DNA from: an uncultured Anaerolineae bacterium
Lineage (GTDB): Bacteria; Chloroflexota; Anaerolineae; Promineifilales; Promineifilaceae
Assembly (NCBI GenBank): GCA_965368765.1
Contig: CBDUOF010000001.1
Coordinates: 1 to 51,915, forward strand
Reading direction: 5' to 3'
Length of the DNA stretch: 51,915 nt
The notes under the pieces were generated by a model. The model did not search any database, had not been told where the DNA came from, and saw only the letters and a list, made by a program, of their open reading frames with translations. Position 1 is the first letter of the stretch. Each line of letters starts with the position of its first letter. This document shows, in pieces, positions 20,701-28,458 of the stretch. The position numbers and the translations under genes were made by a program.

Positions 20701-20932
20701 GCTCAGTTACTTTTTGAGCATATCGGTTATAGAGTAAAGAGACAGAGGGGACAAAAAAGGCTGTAACTACATACGCTAGCGGCAGCGAATCTGTGCCAAA
20801 ATCAAGTAGAAATCGCGTGTTGGAAACTGCAAACAATAGCGCCAGCGTAAATCCAGCCAAAAAGCTTTGGCTGGCAAGCAATTGTAAAGCAGACCATTTG
20901 GCGACGAACGTACCTGTTTTTAGCTGAATCAT
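17741..20932 (-). CDS. Large multidomain membrane protein: about 12-TM transporter-like N-terminus, HEAT/ARM-like repeats, C-terminal cyclic-nucleotide-binding domain
   Basis: 1063 aa. The first roughly 430 aa are polytopic. The central region has Leu-rich helical repeats. The C-terminal CAP_ED-like segment is FINEGALAGEMFIIVEGAVRV...GEVVGELAIFDPEPRSADVV. Confidence 0.75.
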   Translation of the reverse strand: MIQLKTGTFVAKWSALQLLASQSFLAGFTLALLFAVSNTRFLLDFGTDSLPLAYVVTAFFVPSVSLLYNRYAQKVTERRLLLTVTPTICIIYLVSWLAASSGTVRWISFALLVLFNTLLIFQVIIITLQATRLFDIRQMKRSYPLVLASQTGAVIFGGLSVTVLTNIIGNVSNLLLICLGLSILQYLITWLTLNNYPREFGQPNDKRSEATLRDVLAQPYARHIFIYRFFSGYGTELIIIIFTIQAARRFQTAESLASFFGNFMAAGTFLTLLFLLLAAGRLLKRFGLSFGIMSNPIIAGLVILALFLTQLTGFPLVSLVFVLAVLARVTDFVLSVSLTEPSMKTMYQALPEARRSALITVVEAVSQPMGFGVVGGSLLLFRAFNLSSDAFLFTYTALVCVAWTYYGWRTKRLYTTTLLEKLSQRTLNEVDLTLDDPETMKIMTNLAQSNSLAQVRLALNVLEQAEYPNYGSLLLNLVEHENDAVRLEAIGRLQTQPTLAAQIPLDIYLNASNSLPVRAAMLQTLLATGTEIALENGVRLLESEEHALRRAALVGLLRHGSIAGYVKAGQYLLTLTESSKEADQLLLAETLATLDNHNFYQPLQRLLLSDSPDVRNFALQAAGNACHPSLLPAVITQLESVETRSTAVSTLAAYGTAVLPYVESSLTDNRLNFATRLSLVRFSGTLANGAAKATLLPHLLHPNRELRFVLLTALQRCGYQANDPEAVLQVETAVLAEVEQAAIMLTIAATVDPASAYSWLYAALLTEIQQIKQRLLLLFSFLYDPHVLRQVSDYLDLGSGDEKAQVIETVDLIFTTPHKQLLLPLIDNELTIGERLAALRKHVSVPEASAEDWLNNMIIGMGEQFDDWTQACAIYGAATSDIARWTASITRFVQETNGNGVGKRPSALETAQWALNQSSGEQSMLTIEKVSFLKGTNIFSQVPESVLASVAQIMKIIELPAHKQFINEGALAGEMFIIVEGAVRVQKNGKPVTELKAGEVVGELAIFDPEPRSADVVTLMPTVLLQLEKGTLREVMADRPEISHGIIQTLSHRIRENSRLMTI

Positions 20933-21014
20933 GCTGATTGCACACTTGCTAGGATTTTTTCTTCAGAAGTGAGTGATTTATTGCATTTATCAGTTTACCC
21001 TCTATCATTTTGTT

Positions 21015-22871
21015 ATGCGAGAAATAAACGAAACCCACCCCGAATTTGCACCGCTTGAAACATTATTGGACAAAGCCTTACAGCACAATGAGCTGGTGAG
21101 CCAGCTTGCGCCAGACATCTACCAGCAGCTGCGGCAAGCGATGGAATTTGTCTGGGTAAAGGGTGGGGAAGTGGTCATACGAACGGGTGAGCCGAGCGAT
21201 ACGCTTGCCATCGTGGTTCTGGGACGCGTGCGGGTTGTTCGGCACGAGGCAGCAGGGGTCAAGCGCACGCTTTTAGAATTAGGACACGGGCAAACAATAG
21301 GCGAGATGGGGATGATTACAGAGGAACCTCGCGCCGCCGATGTCATTGCGACTCGAGACACCCTGCTAGCCACTCTGTCCCGTGAGGCATATAACCAGCT
21401 AGTGCAAACTTACCCGTTGGAGATGAATCAGCAGTTTGTAAAACCGGTCATTGGCCGCTTGCAAGCACAGCTACAGGGCACTACGCGGATTAATGCTTCG
21501 GTTTTGACAATGGTGCTGCTGCCCGTAGACGGTAACGTGCCATTGCCAACAGTGGTTGAAAAATTACACCAGAGCTTGCAAAAAGTAGGCCCAACATTGA
21601 TTTTGGACAGCGCTTTTGTTGGGTCCCAATTCGGTCAAATGGATGATGCAGATAGGGAAGTGGCGCAGAAGCTTACCCAATGGCTGGGAGAACAAGAAGC
21701 AGATCACCAAATTGTGGTCTATGTGGATGATAGACAGAATGCGGCATGGACACGGCGCTGTCTGCGGCAGGCAGACAAGATTGTCATCGTAGCGGATACG
21801 GCCGTTTCTACCACACCTCTTACGTCCCAGATTGATGCCCTGCAGCTGCCAGAAGCAGCCGATCTTGATCGTTATCTGTTGTTGATTCAACCAAATGAGA
21901 TCGAACGGCCGCAGGGAACCAGCCAATGGTTGGCTGCCTTCACGGTGCGCCATCATTACCACGTGCGTTTGGGTCAGACCGCAGATATTGACCGCGCCGC
22001 CCGATTGCTAGCCGAACGCGGCGTGGGCATTGTTCTGGGCGGAGCCAGTGCGCGCGGCTTTGTCCATATTGGCGTTCTGCGCGCCTTATACGACGCAGGC
22101 GTCACAATTGATGTGATTGGTGGGGCCAGTTCTGGGGCCGTATCGACTGTAGGCATGGCAGCACCATGGCCGGATGATGAGCTCATCCGTCGAGCCGGCG
22201 CGGGGCCAAAATTGCAGTATACCCTCCCATTTTCCGCGTTTACAACCGGGTTTGGCAACGCAAAATGGATGGAGAATTTCTTTGGCGATCTGCAATTAGA
22301 AGATTGTTGGTTGCCCCATTTCTTCCCGCTCTATAATTTGGCAAAAAACGAGCTTGTCGTTTATGAACGGGGAGAGGCGGCACAACTCCTGCGCGGGGCG
22401 ACAGCCTTGCCAGTTATCTTCCCCCCCTTAATTGAAGATACAAACGTCTTGGTTGACTCAGGGGTCGTTAACTTTTTACCAGTAGACATCATGCGTGAAC
22501 GGCCAGATGTTGCTACGGTTATTGCGGTGAACATTGTTACCTTTGAGAAGGATCAGGGTAAGAAACGTTATGATTATGATGGCCGGATATCTGGGTGGCA
22601 GGTACTTTGGAATCGGCTGAATCCCTTTGCCAAGAAGCTACGCTACATCAAAGTGTTAGACATGCTGTGGCAAACGATGCTGACTGGTGCGGTGCGCTTA
22701 CATCGTGAGACGCGAGACGTGCCCGATTACCGTATAAACATGGTTCTATCCGACTTTGGTGCCTTTGATTTTACCCGAATGAAAGAGTTGGTCGCTTACG
22801 GTTATGAGCAAACGGCCGTTCAGATTAAAGATTTAGAGCTTGACAAGAAGTTCTCGGCACACCTGGATTAA
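21015..22871 (+). CDS. Cyclic-nucleotide-binding domain / patatin-like phospholipase fusion (NTE-like)
   Basis: Start at ATG 21015 (MREINETH). cNMP-binding segment: GGEVVIRTGEPSDTLAIVVLGRV...IGEMGMITEEPRAADVIA. Patatin motifs: GGASARGFVHIGVLRAL (oxyanion), GASSG (GxSxG nucleophile), VDSGV (catalytic Asp). Confidence 0.85.
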   Translation: MREINETHPEFAPLETLLDKALQHNELVSQLAPDIYQQLRQAMEFVWVKGGEVVIRTGEPSDTLAIVVLGRVRVVRHEAAGVKRTLLELGHGQTIGEMGMITEEPRAADVIATRDTLLATLSREAYNQLVQTYPLEMNQQFVKPVIGRLQAQLQGTTRINASVLTMVLLPVDGNVPLPTVVEKLHQSLQKVGPTLILDSAFVGSQFGQMDDADREVAQKLTQWLGEQEADHQIVVYVDDRQNAAWTRRCLRQADKIVIVADTAVSTTPLTSQIDALQLPEAADLDRYLLLIQPNEIERPQGTSQWLAAFTVRHHYHVRLGQTADIDRAARLLAERGVGIVLGGASARGFVHIGVLRALYDAGVTIDVIGGASSGAVSTVGMAAPWPDDELIRRAGAGPKLQYTLPFSAFTTGFGNAKWMENFFGDLQLEDCWLPHFFPLYNLAKNELVVYERGEAAQLLRGATALPVIFPPLIEDTNVLVDSGVVNFLPVDIMRERPDVATVIAVNIVTFEKDQGKKRYDYDGRISGWQVLWNRLNPFAKKLRYIKVLDMLWQTMLTGAVRLHRETRDVPDYRINMVLSDFGAFDFTRMKELVAYGYEQTAVQIKDLELDKKFSAHLD

Positions 22872-23776
22872 CCAATCCCGACCAAAACCAGGCCCAAAGA
22901 GACGATGCCAATGCCAATTAATTTGGGTAAATAGCGCGGCTCTTGCTGAATGGTTAAACCCAGCACGGCACCGATGGGAATGCTTAGCTGACGAAATGCG
23001 GCGACGTAGCTCACGTTACTTACATAAGCCATCGAAGTAAGCACCAACCCATATGTTGCCATAATCACCACCCCCGTAACCAAACTGGAAAAGAGCAGAG
23101 ACCGATTTCTGCTGATTTGCCTGAGCTGGTGGCGCTCTGGTTTAAAAAACAGTGTACCCAAACCGAGCATGAAGGCAGTACTGCCGGTTTGCATGGCAAT
23201 GAAGAGCAGGGTGACTTGGCTGTTGTTCAGCGGCAGGGCGGCGCGGAGCTGCCGCAGCGCCTGATCGTCAATCAAGGTATAGCTGGTGGTGCCGACGGAC
23301 GCTACCATCGCCATAAGAATGACAACATTGCGGTAATTGCTTAACCGCAAATTCTGGAAGTGGGGCAGCGGTAAAATAATACAGCCAGCGGTGACGAGGG
23401 CCATGCCCACCAGCCCGAGAGGGCCAATTTGCCCACTATTGCCCCACAGCAAGCTGATGACAGCCACCAGCAAAACTGGCAAAGCACGCGCCAGCGGGTA
23501 GGCCAAAGAGATGTCGCCGTGCCGATACGCCCCGGCCAAACCAAAGAAGTAAATCATTTGGGCCACGCCTGTGGCCAGCACGAGACGCCAAACGGCCGTT
23601 GGTACGAAACTGAGCAGGTGACGATGAATGAAAAGAATGGGTGAAATGGAGAGGGCGGCGAAAACGGCCGTAACAAAAAAGAAGGCCAACGATGGATTTC
23701 GCCGTTTACTGATAAAGTTCCAGCCAGCGTGCATAAAAGCAGATGTGATGATTAAAATAGCGGCAATGGGACTCAT
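22868..23776 (-). CDS. EamA/DMT-family membrane transporter
   Basis: Start placed at MSPIAAILIITSAFMHAGWNF (ATG 23776); the longer ORF would overlap thiD. About 10 TM segments, consistent with the duplicated EamA architecture. Confidence 0.7.
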   Translation of the reverse strand: MSPIAAILIITSAFMHAGWNFISKRRNPSLAFFFVTAVFAALSISPILFIHRHLLSFVPTAVWRLVLATGVAQMIYFFGLAGAYRHGDISLAYPLARALPVLLVAVISLLWGNSGQIGPLGLVGMALVTAGCIILPLPHFQNLRLSNYRNVVILMAMVASVGTTSYTLIDDQALRQLRAALPLNNSQVTLLFIAMQTGSTAFMLGLGTLFFKPERHQLRQISRNRSLLFSSLVTGVVIMATYGLVLTSMAYVSNVSYVAAFRQLSIPIGAVLGLTIQQEPRYLPKLIGIGIVSLGLVLVGIG

Positions 23777-23903
23777 ATGGGCGTGGATTATAGCGGGAGA
23801 TGGTCGGAAAGGAACGGCCGTCTCCAGCCCAAAACATTCGTCTGATGAAGAACCCACAAAGCGGTTCGACCTGACCGCATACATTTGAGGAATAAGGTAC
23901 CTG

Positions 23904-24701
23904 ATGAACCAACCAGCCAAACTTTTAACCATTGGCGGCTCAGACAGCGGCGGCGCGGCGGGCATCCAGGCTGATTTAAAAACATGGACCGTGCTGGGAA
24001 GCTACGGCATGAGTGTGATTACGGCCGTTACTGCTCAAAACAGCCAAACTGTGCAGGATGTGGCCTGGATGACGCCCCACTTTGTGCAGGCGCAGCTGGA
24101 GACCGTTCTGGCTGATTATGGGGCAGCGGGGATAAAGACGGGGTTTTTAGGACGGGCGGAGCTTATTATTTCGGTTTCTGCACTGCTGCAAAAATATAGC
24201 GTTCACCCCCTCGTGATCGATCCGGTGCTGGTAAACCATCGTGGCCAAAGTATGTTTCCCGACGAAGTGCGTCAGCTTTATCTGGCTTACCTTTTGCCAA
24301 TTGCTGATTTGGTGACGCCGAATTTGGTAGAAACGGCCGTTTTGCTACAAACTTCCTCCATTGATTCCTTCAGCAAGCTGCGCCGCGCCGCCACGCGTCT
24401 ACATGAACTTGGGGCCAAAAATGTGCTCATCAAAGGGTTCCGCGACGGTGCTGACTTGGTTGACGTGCTGTTTGACGGACAGCGCTTTACCGATTTTCGC
24501 CAGCCCCTTATCGAAACAGAAAATACGCACGGGTCTGGTGATGTGCTTTCGGCAGCGATTTGTGCCTTTTTGGCACAGAGAATGGTGATAGAAACGGCCG
24601 TTGCCCAGGCCCGGCAGTTTACCCATCGCGCCATTGAGCGGGCGGCAAATTGGCAGATGGGCAGGGGGCATGGGCCGTTGGCACTTTTTAGTGAACAGTA
24701 A
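23904..24701 (+). CDS. thiD: Hydroxymethylpyrimidine / phosphomethylpyrimidine kinase
   Basis: 265 aa. N-terminus is LLTIGGSDSGGAAGIQADLKT. The C-terminal GSGDVLSAAI anion-hole motif is typical of the ribokinase-fold ThiD. Confidence 0.9.
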   Translation: MNQPAKLLTIGGSDSGGAAGIQADLKTWTVLGSYGMSVITAVTAQNSQTVQDVAWMTPHFVQAQLETVLADYGAAGIKTGFLGRAELIISVSALLQKYSVHPLVIDPVLVNHRGQSMFPDEVRQLYLAYLLPIADLVTPNLVETAVLLQTSSIDSFSKLRRAATRLHELGAKNVLIKGFRDGADLVDVLFDGQRFTDFRQPLIETENTHGSGDVLSAAICAFLAQRMVIETAVAQARQFTHRAIERAANWQMGRGHGPLALFSEQ

Positions 24702-24739
24702 AAAGTGATAAGCGAAAAGTGGGGACATTCACGCATTTT

Positions 24740-24803
24740 ACTTTTCACGCTGTCACTTTTCACGCTCCTCTCTGTTGACGCACTTTCACAACTTTGCTAA
24801 CAT
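24740..24803 (+). promoter_or_regulatory. Candidate promoter and operator array upstream of the GbsR-like regulator
   Basis: ACTTTTCACGCT is repeated at 24740-24751 and 24755-24766 (15-bp phase). A third ACTTTCAC lies at 24782-24789. TTGACG (24775-80), 17 nt, TAACAT (24798-24803). Confidence 0.35.
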
Positions 24804-24841
24804 CAGGTACATTCAAAACGTTCTGAACGCAGGGGAAGACA

Positions 24842-25378
24842 ATGCACAAGAGTTTAACGGCCGTAAATGACAGTACCGTGGCTGGATTAGGGCGATTGGC
24901 CCGATTTTTTGGCTTTAGCGAAGTAATGGGACGGCTCTATGGCACGCTGCTCATGGAGCCAGAACCGCTCTCCTTGGATGATCTGGCCGGTACGCTGCGC
25001 ATCAGCAAAGGCTCCGTCAGCATGAATATGCGCGCCCTGGAGCGCTGGGGCATGGCAACGGAAGTGTGGATGCGCGGCGAGCGAAAGAAATATTACCAGG
25101 CGGAGTCTGACCTTTGGCAGGTCATCCGCAACGTGCTGGACAGCCGCGAGCGGCGCGAAGTACAGCTTGCGCTGCAGGTGCTTAGCGAAAGTGTAGAAAA
25201 GCTGCAGTCGGCCAACGAAAAGTTGACGCCAGAAGAACAGGAGCTGGCCAAATATTATTTGGAACGCATCGATGACCTGCAGGCGTTTTTCCAGTTTGCC
25301 CAGATGGCGCTAGAAACAGTGCTGGGCAGTCAGGAAACCCTCGATTTTGAAGCCGTCACCAAGATAGAAATCGGCTAA
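24842..25378 (+). CDS. GbsR/MarR-type winged-helix transcriptional regulator
   Basis: 178 aa. The segment FGFSEVMGRLYGTLLMEPEPLSLDDLAGTLRISKGSVSMNMRALERWGM matches the GbsR/OpcR-family N-terminal wHTH pattern. Confidence 0.7.
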   Translation: MHKSLTAVNDSTVAGLGRLARFFGFSEVMGRLYGTLLMEPEPLSLDDLAGTLRISKGSVSMNMRALERWGMATEVWMRGERKKYYQAESDLWQVIRNVLDSRERREVQLALQVLSESVEKLQSANEKLTPEEQELAKYYLERIDDLQAFFQFAQMALETVLGSQETLDFEAVTKIEIG

Positions 25379-25441
25379 AAATTACCGATTGCCGATTGGA
25401 CGGCTTGTAAAATCGTCAAACTAAGATCGTAAATCAACAAT

Positions 25442-25969
25442 ATGAAAGTAGCAGTTGGTTCCACAAATCCCGTCAAAGTAACGGCCGTTCGCCAAACCAT
25501 CACTCGCCTCTGGCCAGAAGCTGAAATTGTGCCTGTGGCTGTTCCCAGCGGCGTCAGCGAGATGCCCATGACCGACGAAGAAACACGCATCGGGGCACAC
25601 AATCGGGCGCTCGCCGCTCGTGACGCGCTGGACGCCGATTTTGGCGTGGGTCTGGAAGGGGGCGTGCAGCCGGAGCCATTTGGCCTGACGCTGCATGGTT
25701 GGGTGGTGGTGGTGGACAGAAACGGCCGTACCGGTATCGGTGGGGGCGGACGGTTACCACTGCCAGCGCACATCGCCCAAAAAGTGCTGGCAGGCACAGA
25801 GCTGGGCGACGTAATGGATGAGTTATTGGGCGACCACAACACCAAACAAAAAGGGGGCGCGGTCGGCGCACTAACCAATGGCCTGGTGCTGCGCGGTGAA
25901 ACCTTTGCTCTGGCAGTGGCCTACGCCTTTGCGCCCTTTGTCTCACCAGATTTATACCATGAGCCCTGA
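25442..25969 (+). CDS. yjjX: Inosine/xanthosine triphosphatase (YjjX / DUF84 family NTPase)
   Basis: 175 aa. MKVAVGSTNPVKVTAV...VPSGVSEMPMTDEETRIGAHNRALAA...GLEGG matches the YjjX pattern. Confidence 0.8.
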   Translation: MKVAVGSTNPVKVTAVRQTITRLWPEAEIVPVAVPSGVSEMPMTDEETRIGAHNRALAARDALDADFGVGLEGGVQPEPFGLTLHGWVVVVDRNGRTGIGGGGRLPLPAHIAQKVLAGTELGDVMDELLGDHNTKQKGGAVGALTNGLVLRGETFALAVAYAFAPFVSPDLYHEP

Positions 25970-26191
25970 ATGGGAAATTTATACGAAGAACCAAAGGGCT
26001 TTTTTCTCTTCCTCTCTTCGTTTCTTCGTAATGAGATGCAGGGCTTTTCACTAAGCAAATGAATGGGACGCAGATAATATACAAATCAGCGTTTATCTGC
26101 GTTATTGTCGCAGAGCGACCGCTTCGCGTACAGCGTCCTATTTTCTGCAAAAGTTAGTCGATTGAAAAAACGTGAATAAGATGACTATCTG

Positions 26192-26220
26192 TTTACGCCA
26201 GTTTGATAACGGTTTACAAT
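26192..26220 (+). promoter_or_regulatory. Candidate promoter giving a leaderless nurA-like transcript
   Basis: TTTACG (26192-26197), 17 nt, TACAAT (26215-26220). The ATG at 26228 is 7 nt after the -10 hexamer and no Shine-Dalgarno sequence precedes it. Confidence 0.35.
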
Positions 26221-26227
26221 AACACCC

Positions 26228-27442
26228 ATGACCCTGGAATTTGAAAAGCTAACCGCCGATTTGGAAAAGATGGCTCAAACCACCGCGCGTCGTTTAAGCC
26301 AACGGCGAGAGCGCGTGGCCGAGGCGCTGGACACGCTGCACACCTTCCGCACCAACTGGACGGCCGTTTCCCAAGCCCTCACAACTGCCAAAGATAAGTC
26401 AGACCCAAAGTTTTATCGTTCAGCACGGCCGTTTTCCGAAGCCGAACCACTGGACAGCCACTTCCCCGCACCCACACCGCCGCCACAAGCCACGATCATT
26501 GCCGCCGATGGTTCCCAGATCATGCCCGACCGCCACGCCGCCCATCTTTACTACCTCATCAACGTGGGTGGCATAATCTACCATCACGGCAGCGGCCAAA
26601 CTCCAGAACCGTTTTCCCAGCCAGACATTTTTTACCCGGAAAGCGACGAAGCCATCACCGATTTTAACAGCACCCCCGGTGCGGTGAGCATTGAGCGGGA
26701 TCGGCAAGAGATTGAGACCTTGGCGCGTAAAGCAGTTGCCAATCGGCACAATGCCCTGCCTTTGCTAGCAATCTTAGATCAGCGGCTGCTATATTGGCCT
26801 ATTGGCTCGGCTGGCGTAGCAGACAACGCAGTAGTTACTGAATGGGGCGACCACATGACGGCAATGCGCCACGCGGGGGCCTTGCTTTGCGGCTACATCG
26901 ATCGCCCCGGCACCAGCTCCGTGATGACGCTGCTGCGCTCCATTTTTGGCCTGACAGACGCGCACTTTAATTGGAAGGAGCTGGGCCAGCGCAAAGCCAC
27001 GCAGGGGCTGACCGATGCTGATTTGTTCAGCCAGTTTCTGGCCCCGGGCGAGCGCAGCGCCGTATTTGCCAACATTTCTGATTCCAACGACGTATTCATG
27101 GCGCAAGATGCGGCCAATGAAGTTTGTTTTTTCTACCTCAATCCGGGGCTGTCGGGCAAGAACATTGCCCGGGTGGATATTCCGCGATGGGTGGCGGAGG
27201 ATGCGGGAAGTGTAACGGCCGTTCACAGCCTCCTCATCGATCAATGCCGCATCATGGGGGACTATCCCTACGTCATCGCCCGGGCTGACGAGATGGCCGT
27301 CGTCGGGCGACAAGACGCCAGCGAACTCAACTTCATGATCGACGTCATCATGGAGCGGCACGGCATCAGCGAGGGGATTACGTCCAAGCAGGGCAGCAAA
27401 GATTTAGCCCGAGGCGGCCGTACCCGCCACGAAGGGTTTTGA
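26228..27442 (+). CDS. nurA: NurA-domain nuclease-like protein
   Basis: 404 aa. IIAADGSQI (the catalytic-Asp DGS motif that opens NurA domains), ERDRQEIE, ILDQRLL, CGYIDRPGTSS and YPYVIARADEMAVV follow the order of conserved NurA blocks. It lies in an operon with a HerA-type ATPase. Confidence 0.7.
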   Translation: MTLEFEKLTADLEKMAQTTARRLSQRRERVAEALDTLHTFRTNWTAVSQALTTAKDKSDPKFYRSARPFSEAEPLDSHFPAPTPPPQATIIAADGSQIMPDRHAAHLYYLINVGGIIYHHGSGQTPEPFSQPDIFYPESDEAITDFNSTPGAVSIERDRQEIETLARKAVANRHNALPLLAILDQRLLYWPIGSAGVADNAVVTEWGDHMTAMRHAGALLCGYIDRPGTSSVMTLLRSIFGLTDAHFNWKELGQRKATQGLTDADLFSQFLAPGERSAVFANISDSNDVFMAQDAANEVCFFYLNPGLSGKNIARVDIPRWVAEDAGSVTAVHSLLIDQCRIMGDYPYVIARADEMAVVGRQDASELNFMIDVIMERHGISEGITSKQGSKDLARGGRTRHEGF

Positions 27443-27443
27443 G

Positions 27444-27818
27444 ATGAAAGAATTCGCCAACCTATTGTATCTTCCAATGTGGATTTTTTATCTTGTCGTA
27501 GGCTTCAAAGCATTTCAGCTTGGACGAATGTATGTACGAGGGGAAAAATCATATAAATCATGGCTCAAAGCTGAAGAGTATTTGAACAAAAATGTTGGAT
27601 GGCACTTTTTCTTGGGAGGGGTCTTGATGCTTTTGGTAAGTATCTCAGGCATTATTGCCACATTTTTCGACGTCTTTGCAAAAAAAGAAACATTTTTAGA
27701 AGCTCTGGCCTGTTTAGGCTTGCCTATTTTGTTAATCCTTGGCATTAGTTTCTATATGCTACGGGAACGAATTCTTCAGCTGGAGCCAAAGCCGTCAGAA
27801 AAAGAGGGGGGATTATGA
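27444..27818 (+). CDS. Small hypothetical membrane protein (3 TM), AT-rich gene
   Basis: 124 aa. Its ATG is 1 nt after the nurA stop and its own stop overlaps the next ATG (ATGA). Hydrophobic segments: LLYLPMWIFYLVVGF, FFLGGVLMLLVSISGIIATFF, ALACLGLPILLILGISFYML. I recognise no family. Confidence 0.6.
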   Translation: MKEFANLLYLPMWIFYLVVGFKAFQLGRMYVRGEKSYKSWLKAEEYLNKNVGWHFFLGGVLMLLVSISGIIATFFDVFAKKETFLEALACLGLPILLILGISFYMLRERILQLEPKPSEKEGGL

Positions 27819-28450
27819 ACAAGAATCAGGAAATCGGCCGTATTTTGCGGGCCAGCACGACGGGGTTTGCCGTGGGCTGCCGCGTGGGGCAGCTCAGCGT
27901 GCCTGCCTTTGGTGGGCTGGTGCAGGCTCAGCCAGTGGATGACCGTGAGTGCATCTACGGCCTCATCTACAACATGAGCATCGACGACGATCCGCTGGTG
28001 CGGCGGCTGGTGCTGGCCGAAAATCCCGCGCCGTCGGTAATTGAGGATCAGCGCAACAACCGGCTGTTGCCCATTGAGATGAGCGTGTTGGCGGTTGGCT
28101 ATCAGCTCAACGGCAACGTCAAACACGGCCTGCCGCCACGCCCGCCGCTCAACCTCGATCCCGTTGAGCTGGTCACCAACTCCGACGACATTCGCAGCTT
28201 TACCGACAATTTGGGCTACCTGCGCCTGGTTTTGCGCGCCGTGGGCAGTCCGGTTCCGGTCGATCAGCTGCTGGTGGCCCATATCGCCAGCGCCTATGCT
28301 CTGCGGGGCAACGACCAAGCCTGGGCAGTCGAAGTCGTCAACGAGCTGATTGAACTTTTGCGCAGTAACTATGATGTGCTAATTCCTACACTCGAAGCAT
28401 TGAGTGACGCGCTGCCAACTTTGCAAATTCGTAATTTGGCAATGGAGTAA
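27815..28450 (+). CDS. Hypothetical protein with an N-terminus resembling the HerA HAS-barrel (no ATPase domain)
   Basis: 211 aa with good GC-rich coding character and SD GAGGGGGG. The N-terminus EIGRILRASTTGFAVGCRV..PAFGGLVQAQ...IYGLIYNMSIDDDP parallels PIGYIVGGGLKEGFRIRLTV...GSFVVCENGRFHYYGLITDLQLGSTDP of the HerA gene downstream. The domain assignment is inferred by eye. Confidence 0.55.
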   Translation: MNKNQEIGRILRASTTGFAVGCRVGQLSVPAFGGLVQAQPVDDRECIYGLIYNMSIDDDPLVRRLVLAENPAPSVIEDQRNNRLLPIEMSVLAVGYQLNGNVKHGLPPRPPLNLDPVELVTNSDDIRSFTDNLGYLRLVLRAVGSPVPVDQLLVAHIASAYALRGNDQAWAVEVVNELIELLRSNYDVLIPTLEALSDALPTLQIRNLAME

Positions 28451-28458
28451 TGTAAAAG

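Noticed and set aside
23777-23903. Possible TPP (THI-box) riboswitch upstream of thiD
   Set aside because: Fragments such as CTGATGA...ACCC...GACCTGAC vaguely recall the THI-box. The conserved CUGAGA, the P4/P5 UAAU-containing helix and the closing GGGA pairing are not present. A covariance-model scan would settle it.
25983-26031. Inverted repeat TACGAAGAA...TTCTTCGTA after yjjX as a terminator
   Set aside because: The loop is about 31 nt and there is no U-tract after the 3' arm, so it is not convincing as an intrinsic terminator.
25375-26150. Minus-strand ORFs of 167 aa and 198 aa across yjjX and the yjjX-nurA spacer
   Set aside because: Their composition is Arg/Pro/Ala-rich, they have no motifs, and they are antisense to a well-supported YjjX gene. 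I treat them as shadow ORFs.
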